Assembly: GCF_000253055.1 (NCBI RefSeq)
Contig: NC_016070.1
Location: 60,001 to 92,000, forward strand
Length of the DNA stretch: 32,000 bases
From: Thermoproteus tenax Kra 1
Lineage (GTDB): Archaea; Thermoproteota; Thermoprotei; Thermoproteales; Thermoproteaceae
Reading direction: 5' to 3'
Position numbers and translations under genes: made by a program. The notes under the pieces are model-generated. The model was given only the letters and a program-made list of their open reading frames with translations. It did no database searches and was not told the origin of the DNA. The number at the start of each line of letters is the position of its first letter. Position 1 is the stretch's first letter. Positions 15,412 to 23,302 of the stretch are shown here, piece by piece.

Positions 15412-15705
15412 GCGCCCGGCGGCCTTGGCTAAGGAAAGACGGCCGGACGTATGGATCTACAACCCAGCCGGATATGCTTCAGTTGAAAGGACATGGCGCC
15501 CTCGCTTTCAATCGCAGTGGAAGAACCCCTCATTTCAGAGTTCGTCGTCCTCTTCCGCGGGAGCGGCTCCAGCGGGAGAGGGGGAATGCCGCCGGCCCTC
15601 AAGGGCCCGATCCCCTCCGCGGCTGCCCTGACCGGATGGGCGCGGCCCCGAGCCCCGGGAATCGGGCAAGGAAAGGGGGGCTGTGGCCGACAAAGCTTTA
15701 TTACT
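15412..15705. ncRNA. Second candidate structured RNA locus (family and strand unresolved, slight preference for the minus strand)
   Basis: About 300 nt of GC-rich sequence is open in several frames, but the translations are low-complexity. Nested helices are 15440-15444/15685-15689, 15463-15471/15632-15640, 15479-15482/15628-15631, 15483-15489/15505-15511, 15514-15517/15623-15626, 15519-15524/15551-15556, 15557-15563/15615-15620 and 15594-15598/15603-15607. A minus-strand-specific hairpin at 15543-15523 has two G.U pairs and tandem G.A pairs. Confidence 0.4.
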
Positions 15706-15722
15706 TGCATTAACCTCCCCCT

Positions 15723-16505
15723 GTGAGGATCACCATATTAGTCGATAATTACGTCACAGATCTGAGGTCGTTGAGGCTGGGGCTCAGGGCCGAGTGGGGC
15801 CTCTCCATGTATATACACGACTTGAAGATTCTGTACGACGCCGGCCTCTCCGGCGAGGTTCTTCTGCACAATATGAAGGCGTTGGGCATAGGCCCCGACG
15901 AGCCTGATGTGTTGGTGATAAGCCATAGGCACAGCGACCATACCGGCGGCGTGCCGGCGCTTCTTAGATCTAGGAAGAGGCCGATCACAGTGGTGGCGCA
16001 CAAGAACTTGTTCGCAAGGGCTTACGCGAAGGACAGCATAGGCGAGGTCGACATAAGCGCGCCGTTCGACGCCTCGTTTCTGGAGAGACATAACGCGAGG
16101 CTTGTGTTGATTGAGAGGCCCTACGAGATATCGAGCGGCGTCTATGCGTCGGGCGAGATTCCGAGGTCGTGGGGGCCCTCACACATTGGCGCCGTCTCCG
16201 ATCCGATCCCCGACGACATGGCCCTTTACATAAAGGATAAGGGGCTCGTGGCGCTTACAGGCTGCGGGCACGCCGGAGTGGAGAACATAGTCGAGTATGG
16301 ACTGAAGACGACCGGCGAGGGCTCCCTCCGCGCACTGATAGGCGGGCTCCACTTCATGGGGCTCAGTAGAGAGCGCGCAGAGGAGGCGACAAGATATATC
16401 GCCAGCAAGAGGCCGCAGAAGGTGGTCGGCACTCATTGCACGGGCATCCAGGGTATAGCGTTGTTGGCCGAAAAACTAGGCGATGCGGCGCAACAGGCGG
16501 AGTAG
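15723..16505 (+). CDS. Metallo-beta-lactamase fold hydrolase (COG1237-like archaeal family)
   Basis: It has HRHSDHTGG (the HxHxDH motif) and the N-terminus MRITILVDNY. The start is GTG. Confidence 0.8.
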   Translation: MRITILVDNYVTDLRSLRLGLRAEWGLSMYIHDLKILYDAGLSGEVLLHNMKALGIGPDEPDVLVISHRHSDHTGGVPALLRSRKRPITVVAHKNLFARAYAKDSIGEVDISAPFDASFLERHNARLVLIERPYEISSGVYASGEIPRSWGPSHIGAVSDPIPDDMALYIKDKGLVALTGCGHAGVENIVEYGLKTTGEGSLRALIGGLHFMGLSRERAEEATRYIASKRPQKVVGTHCTGIQGIALLAEKLGDAAQQAE

Positions 16506-16528
16506 GCATCGAGATCGCTCTCTAGCCG

Positions 16529-17596
16529 GTGGCGGTAGCTCTGAGAGCTAGATACGTCCTCTGGGACCTCGATCTAAAAGTTGTGGAAGACGGCATAGTT
16601 GAGATCGATGACGAGGGGAAGATAGTGGGCGTGGGCAAATACGCCGGAGAGCTGGCGCTCAACTTGGGCCACGTCGTGTTGATGCCCCAGTTGACCAACG
16701 CGCACCTACACCCTCTTGACGTCGTGATCGCGGATAGAGACGACTACTATATCGACGACTTAGTGGGGTGGCCTCACGGCATCAAGTACTGGGCTCTGAG
16801 AGAGGCCGTCCACAAAAGGAGACACCTAAGGCCTCTAGAGCATTTGGCCAAGAGGATAAAAAAGTACGGCATAGGATGCGTGGTGGCCTTCGCCGAATAC
16901 TCATGGAAGGACGTGGAGAGAGCCTTCTCTAAGTGGGGTATAGAGGCCATAGTATTCCAGGAGGGGCACGGCGATTTCCCCGAGGCGCCCTACGTACAGG
17001 TTGCCTCTCCTCTGGATCACGAGCCGGCATATTTGGCTCGCCTCAGAGAGCGCGCCCAGCTCGTAGCCACGCACGTCTCAGAGACCGAGGAGTGCCACAG
17101 GGAAGGCGACTTGGAGTTGGCGCTTGGCCCGCTGAACGCAGACGTGTTGGTTCACTTGGTCTACGCGGAGCCTGAGGAGATAGCCGCAATCCCGAGAGAT
17201 AAGACGGTGGTTGTGAACCCCAGAGCCAATGCATACTTAGTCGGAAGGCTCCCCAACTTGCCTGCCCTGCTCGAGCTGAAGCCCCTCCTGGGGACGGACA
17301 ACGTCTTCGTCAACGAACCCGACGTGTGGGCCGAGATAAAGTTCCTCCACGCCTACGCTAAAACTGTGGGCTGGCCCCTAGATGAGAAGGTTTTGATCAA
17401 GATGGCTACAATTTGGCCATGGGAGAAGCTCAAGTGCAATGCTCCGATACTGCCCGGCGTCAGGGCAAAGGCGCTGGCCGTCGAGCTGCCGTATCCCACC
17501 CACAACGTGTACAAGTTCTTGGCCAGAAGAGCAGGCCCTCAAGACGTGGCGGGCTTCATCGAGGGCAACGAGGTAAAGTTCCCCGACGAGCTCTAG
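16529..17596 (+). CDS. Amidohydrolase-superfamily metal-dependent hydrolase (deaminase/chlorohydrolase-like)
   Basis: It has LTNAHLHPLD (the HxH metal motif), later HVSE, and a GTDNV Asp motif. At 355 aa it is shorter than typical MtaD-type deaminases. Confidence 0.7.
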   Translation: MAVALRARYVLWDLDLKVVEDGIVEIDDEGKIVGVGKYAGELALNLGHVVLMPQLTNAHLHPLDVVIADRDDYYIDDLVGWPHGIKYWALREAVHKRRHLRPLEHLAKRIKKYGIGCVVAFAEYSWKDVERAFSKWGIEAIVFQEGHGDFPEAPYVQVASPLDHEPAYLARLRERAQLVATHVSETEECHREGDLELALGPLNADVLVHLVYAEPEEIAAIPRDKTVVVNPRANAYLVGRLPNLPALLELKPLLGTDNVFVNEPDVWAEIKFLHAYAKTVGWPLDEKVLIKMATIWPWEKLKCNAPILPGVRAKALAVELPYPTHNVYKFLARRAGPQDVAGFIEGNEVKFPDEL

Positions 17597-17597
17597 G

Positions 17598-18353
17598 ATG
17601 ATAGCGTACCTAGTGGCCTATGACGGCGAGCTCTTCTACGGCTTCACAGGACATCCTAGATCTGTAGAGCCAGCTCTGGCGAGGGCGTTGGGCAGAGTCC
17701 TTGGCCGCGGCTCGAGGACTGATCCGGGCGTGTCGGCGCTGGGAAACGTCGTAGTATCGCCGGAGCTCAAGCCGCTTGGCCAGATAAACGCTGCTCTGCC
17801 CAGAGGCCTCTGGGTCTGGGGTTACGCCAATGTGGAAGAGGGCTTCAACCCTCGGAGGGCCAGAGAGAGGACGTATGTGTACATAGCTCCGTACCGCGGC
17901 GAGGACGTAGAGCTCATGAGGAGGGCCGCCTCGCTCTTCGTGGGCGTCCACGACTTTAGGAACTTCGCCAAAGGCGTCGAAAATGCAATTACGCAGATAT
18001 TCTCAATTGACGTAGAGGACCGGGCCACCTACATAGAGCTCACCTTCAAAGGGAGGGGGTTCAAAAACAAAATGCTAAGGAAGATCGCCTGGGCGATTCT
18101 GGCCGCTGGCCGCGGAGTAGTCTCCGTTGAGGAGTTGGAAGAACTTCTGAAAAGCCGTGAGAGAAGGACACCAGTCCCCAGCGCTCCGGCGGAAGGCTTG
18201 GTCCTCCTGTCCATAGATTACGGCATACAATTTCAGATCGACAGAAATATCTTGTCCAGAATGTTTAGATATTTCCAATCTAAACATCAGTTATACATGT
18301 CGCTCTCTTATTCTTATATAAAAATTATTGAGAACATAGCCAAGCTTTTGTAG
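17598..18353 (+). CDS. truA: tRNA pseudouridine synthase A
   Basis: GSRTDPGVSALGNVV contains the catalytic-Asp motif RTDxGV. The ATG lies 2 nt after the upstream stop. Confidence 0.85.
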   Translation: MIAYLVAYDGELFYGFTGHPRSVEPALARALGRVLGRGSRTDPGVSALGNVVVSPELKPLGQINAALPRGLWVWGYANVEEGFNPRRARERTYVYIAPYRGEDVELMRRAASLFVGVHDFRNFAKGVENAITQIFSIDVEDRATYIELTFKGRGFKNKMLRKIAWAILAAGRGVVSVEELEELLKSRERRTPVPSAPAEGLVLLSIDYGIQFQIDRNILSRMFRYFQSKHQLYMSLSYSYIKIIENIAKLL

Positions 18354-18395
18354 GCAATGAAGAAGAGTTTTTAAATAGACTTCGCATAAGAACAC

Positions 18396-19043
18396 GTGGA
18401 GCCCTACTGCAACTTCGACGCAGCCGCGGAGAACGTGAGAGAGCTGTTGTACGACGAATTGGCGGAGCTGTACTGGGATATGCCCCGGAGGGAGATAGAG
18501 ACCGTCGTGGACATCGCCTGGAGGGACTTCCTCCACTATTTGTCCTACAAGTCGGGTATATACCTATCTCCGCGCTTCAGGGAGGACAGGGCGCGCCAAA
18601 GGCTCTGTGTATACATAATGAGCAAGTGGGACAAAGTGAGAGAGCTTGCTTCGGAGTGGATCGTCATGTGGTCGGCTAAGTGGCGCCAAAGGGTCAAGTT
18701 GGTCTTCAGCGATGAGGAGTTCAAGAGGGCCTCAGCCTCTGAGGACTCCCTCAAGCCCCACAAGAAACTTGATGAGTTCTTGGCCAAGACGGACCATCTG
18801 GAGCTTCAGCTCTTCACAGTGTCGAACTTAGTAAAGGCGGGCGAGCTCGCCGGCTTAGACCAGATTGCGGACTACATCATCAGAGACGAGGCCAACGCCC
18901 TCCTGCATCAATACGGCCTGGAGAAGGCCCTGGAGAAATACAGAGAGGGCGTATTGGCCGAGAGGATTCTGAGGAGGATAAAGAGCTTGAGCAAGGTCTC
19001 AGAGCCTCTCCTGATCATCAGAGTGGATGTGACTAGAGCCTAG
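18396..19043 (+). CDS. Hypothetical protein (helical, charged)
   Basis: The GTG start lies about 20 nt after TTTTTAAATAG. The 215 aa are non-repetitive. I recognise no motif. Confidence 0.5.
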   Translation: MEPYCNFDAAAENVRELLYDELAELYWDMPRREIETVVDIAWRDFLHYLSYKSGIYLSPRFREDRARQRLCVYIMSKWDKVRELASEWIVMWSAKWRQRVKLVFSDEEFKRASASEDSLKPHKKLDEFLAKTDHLELQLFTVSNLVKAGELAGLDQIADYIIRDEANALLHQYGLEKALEKYREGVLAERILRRIKSLSKVSEPLLIIRVDVTRA

Positions 19044-19519
19044 CCCAGCTGAGCAACGGTCAATGTTGATATATAGGCCGGCTCTCTGGGCTCAACGCCC
19101 TTAATGGTCACTTTGACCCACCCCTTCTGCGTGTAGAGAAAGCCGGTGAAGTTGGTGAAGACGGGCACTCTCGCGAACGCGAAGGCCCTCAGCGCCGTCT
19201 TCAGCTCCTCTACGTTCAACGTAGCTTCAGCTGATAGGCCGAGCCTGACCGAGGAGGCCTCGTAGGCTCTATCTATCCTCTTGAGCAACACAGCCCTGCT
19301 ACGGCCGCCGAGGGCCATGTATATATCAGCAGTGACCAAAATACCCGACTTATTTGTTCTCTCCACTGAGGCGACTCTGCCGCCGCTGCTGCCGTCGGGC
19401 GTCTCAAGCTTAACGGCGTCGCCCACCCTCAGGCCCAACGCCTCAGCTACATCGTTGGAGACTATCACTCTGAATCCAACGTCCTCCATATAGCCGCGCA
19501 ACCTCACAAGCGCGTACAC
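19040..19519 (-). CDS. Stand-alone cradle-loop-barrel protein (AbrB / CDC48-N-like N-terminal domain)
   Basis: VIVSNDVAEALGLRVGDAVKLE resembles the AbrB/VAT-N beta-barrel motif. The GTG start lies about 20 nt after TTTTATATTC. Its stop shares the palindrome CTAG with the convergent gene. Confidence 0.5.
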   Translation of the reverse strand: MYALVRLRGYMEDVGFRVIVSNDVAEALGLRVGDAVKLETPDGSSGGRVASVERTNKSGILVTADIYMALGGRSRAVLLKRIDRAYEASSVRLGLSAEATLNVEELKTALRAFAFARVPVFTNFTGFLYTQKGWVKVTIKGVEPREPAYISTLTVAQLG

Positions 19520-19620
19520 ATCGTGCTTTACTTAGTTGAATATAAAAGTCTAGCGGACGGCCGTTTGTCTGATTATAACGAGGCCGATCCGCGGCATCTT
19601 TAGGGACTGAGGACAAGTGA

Positions 19621-19808
19621 CACAATGACGTGGCTGTAGATTATGTCGATATCGGCGTAAAAACAGAGCTGGCCATGTTGAGATCCTCGGGTTGTGGCAA
19701 AACTACGATTAATCGCAGACATAAGGGGCCGAGGGGGAGGATATGCTTCTGTGATGACGATGTAATCTACAGATAAGGAACACGGCCATAGTTCTCCATA
19801 TTATGGTC
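19621..19808 (+). pseudogene. Decayed N-terminal fragment of a MalK/CUT1-type ABC transporter ATPase
   Basis: One frame reads HNDVAVDYVDIGVKTELAMLRSSGCGKTTINRRHKGPRGRICFCDDDVIYR*, which contains a Walker A SGCGKTT in its usual context. After a frameshift it reads IRNTAIVLH, which resembles the DRxIAMVFQ Q-loop. There is no start codon, and it has an internal stop and a shift. Confidence 0.6.
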
Positions 19809-19841
19809 TCAAATTTTATATGATAATTAATTCCTACAGAT

Positions 19842-21476
19842 ATGAGAACCTCAACAATAATAGCGGTCGTGGTAGTTGCAATAATAGTTATAGCGGCCTT
19901 AGCCTATTTAGTTTCTCAAGCCAGCAAACCATCGCCGGCGGCTACGACTACAAGCGCTACCCCGACTACAACGCCGACTGCAACGTCTGTCCCAACTACA
20001 ACGACAGCGCAGGCCGGGCCGACATTAACTATAGGTGTTACGGACAAGGTGACCGAGCTGGACCCAGCAATGGCCTACGACTTCTTTACGTGGGAGATAT
20101 TCTACAACACTATGTCGGGGCTCGTCATGTATAAGCCGGGCACTACTGAGCTAATTCCGGCCCTTGCGACTAGTTGGGAGGTTAAAGATAACGGCACTGT
20201 TTGGATATTCCACTTGAGACACGATGCAAAGTTCTGCGACGGTACGCCGGTAACGGCACAGAACGTGGTGTGGTCTATCGAGAGAGTCATGAGGATTAAC
20301 GGAGATCCGGCGTGGCTAGTTACATATTTCGTTAAGAATGTCACAGCTCTGGACAACTACACAGTGATGTTCGTGCTCAAAAGGCCTGTCGCCTATTTCC
20401 TGGCCCTTCTGGCAACTCCGCCCTACTTCCCTGTTAGTCCCAAATACAACCCAACACAAGTGGATCCAGATCAAACAGCAGGAGGGGCCGGCCCCTACTG
20501 TATATCTAAGTTCGTAAGAGATCAGGTTATAATACTGACCGCTAATCCATACTGGTACGGGCCACAGCCCTATTACAAGACAGTTATCATCAGGTTCTAC
20601 AGCGATTCCTCTGCGCTTAGATTGGCGCTTCAGAGCGGCGAAATAGATATAGCTTGGCGCACGCTCAGTCCGCCAGACCTCCAAGCGCTTAGAGCTAGCG
20701 GCAAGTACGAGGTGATCGAAATTCCAAGCATGTTCATACGGTATATGGTTATAAACACTAGGATGATAAACAATACGCTAGTCAGAGAGGCGCTTGCCGC
20801 CGCTGTGTGCAGATCTCAGATAATCAACGTGGTATTCAACGGCACAATGTCTCCGCTCTACACAATGATACCATCCGGCATGTGGGGAGCTGTGCCTGTG
20901 TTTAAACAGTTGTACGGAGATTGTAATACTACTCTGGCCCAACAGTTGCTTCAGAAAGCTGGATACTCGGCGAACAATAAGCTTGTCATAGATCTATGGT
21001 ATACTCCATCGCACTATGGAAGCACCGAGCAAGATATAGCCGCATTGCTGAAACAACAATTGGAGGCTACTGGAATGATACAAGTGAACATAAGATCGGC
21101 CGAGTGGAGCACGTATACTGATTATGCCAGGAAGGGCGTGATGGAGGTATATCTGTTGGGTTGGTATCCTGACTATCTTGACCCAGACGACTACATGGTG
21201 CCCTTCTTCAGAACTGGCGCAAACTCGTGGTTGGGCAACGGCTACTCGAACCCAACTGTCGACGCCTTATTGGATAAGGCATCTGTTCTAGTGAACCAGA
21301 CTCAGAGAGCTCAGATATATGCAGAGGTGCAGTACATAATAGCTAGAGAAGCCCCCATCGTGCCCTTATTCCAAGGCAAATTGTTTATAGTGGCCAAGCC
21401 AGGCATTAAGATAGTCGTGGATCCCACGATGATATTGAGATACTGGCTTATTTCATATAGCGGCCAATCATCCTAA
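19842..21476 (+). CDS. ABC transporter substrate-binding protein, family 5 (DppA/OppA-like), membrane-anchored
   Basis: An N-terminal TM helix is followed by a Thr/Pro-rich linker (PSPAATTTSATPTTTPTATSVPTTTTAQ) and then an SBP-5-like body. TATA AAATTTTATATGATAATTAA lies 12-30 nt upstream of the ATG. Confidence 0.85.
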   Translation: MRTSTIIAVVVVAIIVIAALAYLVSQASKPSPAATTTSATPTTTPTATSVPTTTTAQAGPTLTIGVTDKVTELDPAMAYDFFTWEIFYNTMSGLVMYKPGTTELIPALATSWEVKDNGTVWIFHLRHDAKFCDGTPVTAQNVVWSIERVMRINGDPAWLVTYFVKNVTALDNYTVMFVLKRPVAYFLALLATPPYFPVSPKYNPTQVDPDQTAGGAGPYCISKFVRDQVIILTANPYWYGPQPYYKTVIIRFYSDSSALRLALQSGEIDIAWRTLSPPDLQALRASGKYEVIEIPSMFIRYMVINTRMINNTLVREALAAAVCRSQIINVVFNGTMSPLYTMIPSGMWGAVPVFKQLYGDCNTTLAQQLLQKAGYSANNKLVIDLWYTPSHYGSTEQDIAALLKQQLEATGMIQVNIRSAEWSTYTDYARKGVMEVYLLGWYPDYLDPDDYMVPFFRTGANSWLGNGYSNPTVDALLDKASVLVNQTQRAQIYAEVQYIIAREAPIVPLFQGKLFIVAKPGIKIVVDPTMILRYWLISYSGQSS

Positions 21477-21479
21477 CAG

Positions 21480-22283
21480 CTATATCTTTTTTCTCAATCC
21501 GTATTTTTCGGCAAGGCTATCGCCCAATAGAGAGAACCCCAACGCAGCCAAGACGATCATAAGGCCTGGCAATAGTAGCCACCATGCCCCATTCAGTATA
21601 TAGGACTTCGCTGAGGACAAGTCGGCCCCCCAGTCGGGCGTCGGAGGGACTACTGTGTAGCCGAAGAACGCCAGAGCGGCTTCTGTCAAGATGGCATCGG
21701 CAAGATTTATTGTGGCTATTACTACTAACGTCAGAATTAGAGTGGGCGTGATATGCCTTATGATGATGTGCCGGGTGGATGCACCGAGGGCTTGAGCGGC
21801 CTCGATATATTGAAACGTCTTCACGACCAACGTCTCATTACGTGCAACTCGGAAGTAAGTGGGTATATATACGAAGCCTATCGCTAAGGCCGCGTTAAGA
21901 GGACTAGGGCCCAACACGGCGGCTATCGCCATCGCCATTAATAGTCCTGGAAAGGCGTAAAGGCTATCCATGATCATAGTCAACACTCTATCTACCCATT
22001 TTCCCACATAGCCCGACATCATGCCCAATACGGCTCCGATGAGGGCCGAAATAGCTGTGGCTAACAATGCCACGCCCAAGGGCACTCTTCCGCCGTAGAT
22101 AAGTCTGGCCAAAACGTCTCTCCCTAAATAATCGGTTCCTAAAGGATGGCTTAGACTTGGAGGAAGAAGAGGGCTTGAGGAAGATAACGTGGGATCCACG
22201 TTGTACACCAACGGCCCTATAAGCACGAATGCGGCTAGGAAGGCCACAAGACCAGCCCCGAAATAAAGCTTCAGCTGTGCCAT
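21480..22283 (-). CDS. ABC transporter permease (DppC/OppC-like)
   Basis: It has six hydrophobic segments and the EAA-type loop IEAAQALGASTRHIIIRHITP. Confidence 0.85.
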   Translation of the reverse strand: MAQLKLYFGAGLVAFLAAFVLIGPLVYNVDPTLSSSSPLLPPSLSHPLGTDYLGRDVLARLIYGGRVPLGVALLATAISALIGAVLGMMSGYVGKWVDRVLTMIMDSLYAFPGLLMAMAIAAVLGPSPLNAALAIGFVYIPTYFRVARNETLVVKTFQYIEAAQALGASTRHIIIRHITPTLILTLVVIATINLADAILTEAALAFFGYTVVPPTPDWGADLSSAKSYILNGAWWLLLPGLMIVLAALGFSLLGDSLAEKYGLRKKI

Positions 22284-23302
22284 GAGCCCCTCCTGAGCCT
22301 GGGGTCAACTACTATATTTATTAAATCTACTATTATATTTATTATAACGACAATGATAACATAAAATATAACAATACCTTGTACTGTTGGATAATCTAAA
22401 TATTGTATTCTTTCAAGTAGCAGCGTTCCCAGGCCCGGCCAAGAGAACGTTGTCTCTGTCAACACAGCTCCTTGAAGCAACAACGCTAGCTGAAGACCCA
22501 TCATTGTGATTGTTGGCACGAGGGCTGCTCTGTACGCCCTCATTAAGATGCGCCACTTCGATAGCCCAGCCGCTCTGTAAGTGGTTATAAAGTCCTCTTC
22601 CAACATCTTCACCATATTGTTTCTTATGAATCTCGTGAACACGCCCGAGATAACAACCCCCAAAGTTATAGAGGGCAGCACTAGATGTTTCAAGGCGCTG
22701 ATTAGGGCCGGCCAATCGGCAGATATTATGGAGTCAACGACATATAGCCCAGTGTAATGAGGCGGCTCCAGACCCGGCGTAATTCTGCCGCCTACAGGCA
22801 AAACCTTCAAATAAACCCCGAACACAAGCTGGAGCGCCAGGCCGAAGAAGGGTATAAACAAAATGTATGCAATTATAGCATAAAGTCTAACAGCCTCGTC
22901 TACGTTTTTCCTAAAATATGAAGCGAGGAACGCCAGTATATGCCCTATTGCCACACTCACTAAAAACGAGGATATAGCGAGCTCTACAGTTGCCGGGAAC
23001 CTAGCCATTATGTCGTCAATCACCGGCCTACTATCGACGAAGCTAGTCCCTAAGTTGCCCGTGAAGACTCCCTTTATGTAGTCGATATATTGAAGATAGA
23101 GCGGTTTATCTAACCCGGCCTGATGCATCAACTGTTGGACATACTCGGGCGGCGCCTTCTGGCCCACTATCGCCTCTATAGGGTTTCCAGGTATCACCCT
23201 GAGTATGATGAAGACTACGGTAAGGAGAATAAACATAGTGGGCAAGGCCAGCGCGAGCCTCAGTAATATGTATCTGAGCGGACTCATGATCTCACTAGCC
23301 AA
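22271..23302 (-). CDS. ABC transporter permease (DppB/OppB-like)
   Basis: It is polytopic, has the loop TYRAAGLSKWRILMRAYRAALVP, and overlaps both neighbouring genes. Confidence 0.85.
   Translation of the reverse strand: MASEIMSPLRYILLRLALALPTMFILLTVVFIILRVIPGNPIEAIVGQKAPPEYVQQLMHQAGLDKPLYLQYIDYIKGVFTGNLGTSFVDSRPVIDDIMARFPATVELAISSFLVSVAIGHILAFLASYFRKNVDEAVRLYAIIAYILFIPFFGLALQLVFGVYLKVLPVGGRITPGLEPPHYTGLYVVDSIISADWPALISALKHLVLPSITLGVVISGVFTRFIRNNMVKMLEEDFITTYRAAGLSKWRILMRAYRAALVPTITMMGLQLALLLQGAVLTETTFSWPGLGTLLLERIQYLDYPTVQGIVIFYVIIVVIINIIVDLINIVVDPRLRRGSWHS

Noticed and set aside
15412-15705. Assignment of the second structured locus as SRP (7S) RNA or RNase P RNA.
   Set aside because: The size fits. 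However, I find no helix-8 signature (a GNAR tetraloop followed by AGCA opposite a GGUCA-type loop) and no Alu-domain UGUAAC context. The CR-I-like AAGGAAAGACGGCC has no properly placed ACAGAA/P4 partner, because ACAAAG sits as an internal loop between two helices. I left the family unassigned.
15324-15726. Track ORFs 15324-15713(+), 15395-15631(+), 15493-15726(+) and 15429-15710(-) as protein genes.
   Set aside because: Four mutually overlapping frames are open only because the region is GC-rich. The products are low-complexity (poly-Ser, Arg/Pro/Gly runs) with no recognisable motif. The region folds extensively as RNA.
19751-19757. GTGATGA as the C box of a C/D box sRNA, with CAGA 12 nt downstream as D'.
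   Set aside because: There is no C' box or terminal CUGA D box within 45-60 nt. The motif is simply the codons C-D-D of the decayed MalK-type ATPase fragment.
19634-19772. Inverted repeat CTGTAGATTA ... TAATCTACAG, plus a third CTACAGAT copy at the SBP start, as operator sites.
   Set aside because: The two long arms lie about 120 nt apart, inside the coding frame of the ATPase relic (VAVDY and DVIYR codons). This is most simply coincidence within decayed coding sequence, and I cannot test the half-site idea here.
22300-22400. A very AT-rich block that looked like an intergenic or insertion-sequence end.
   Set aside because: It is in frame with the DppB-like permease and encodes its hydrophobic Ile/Val/Asn-rich last helix (IVIFYVIIVVIINIIVDLINIVVDPRL).
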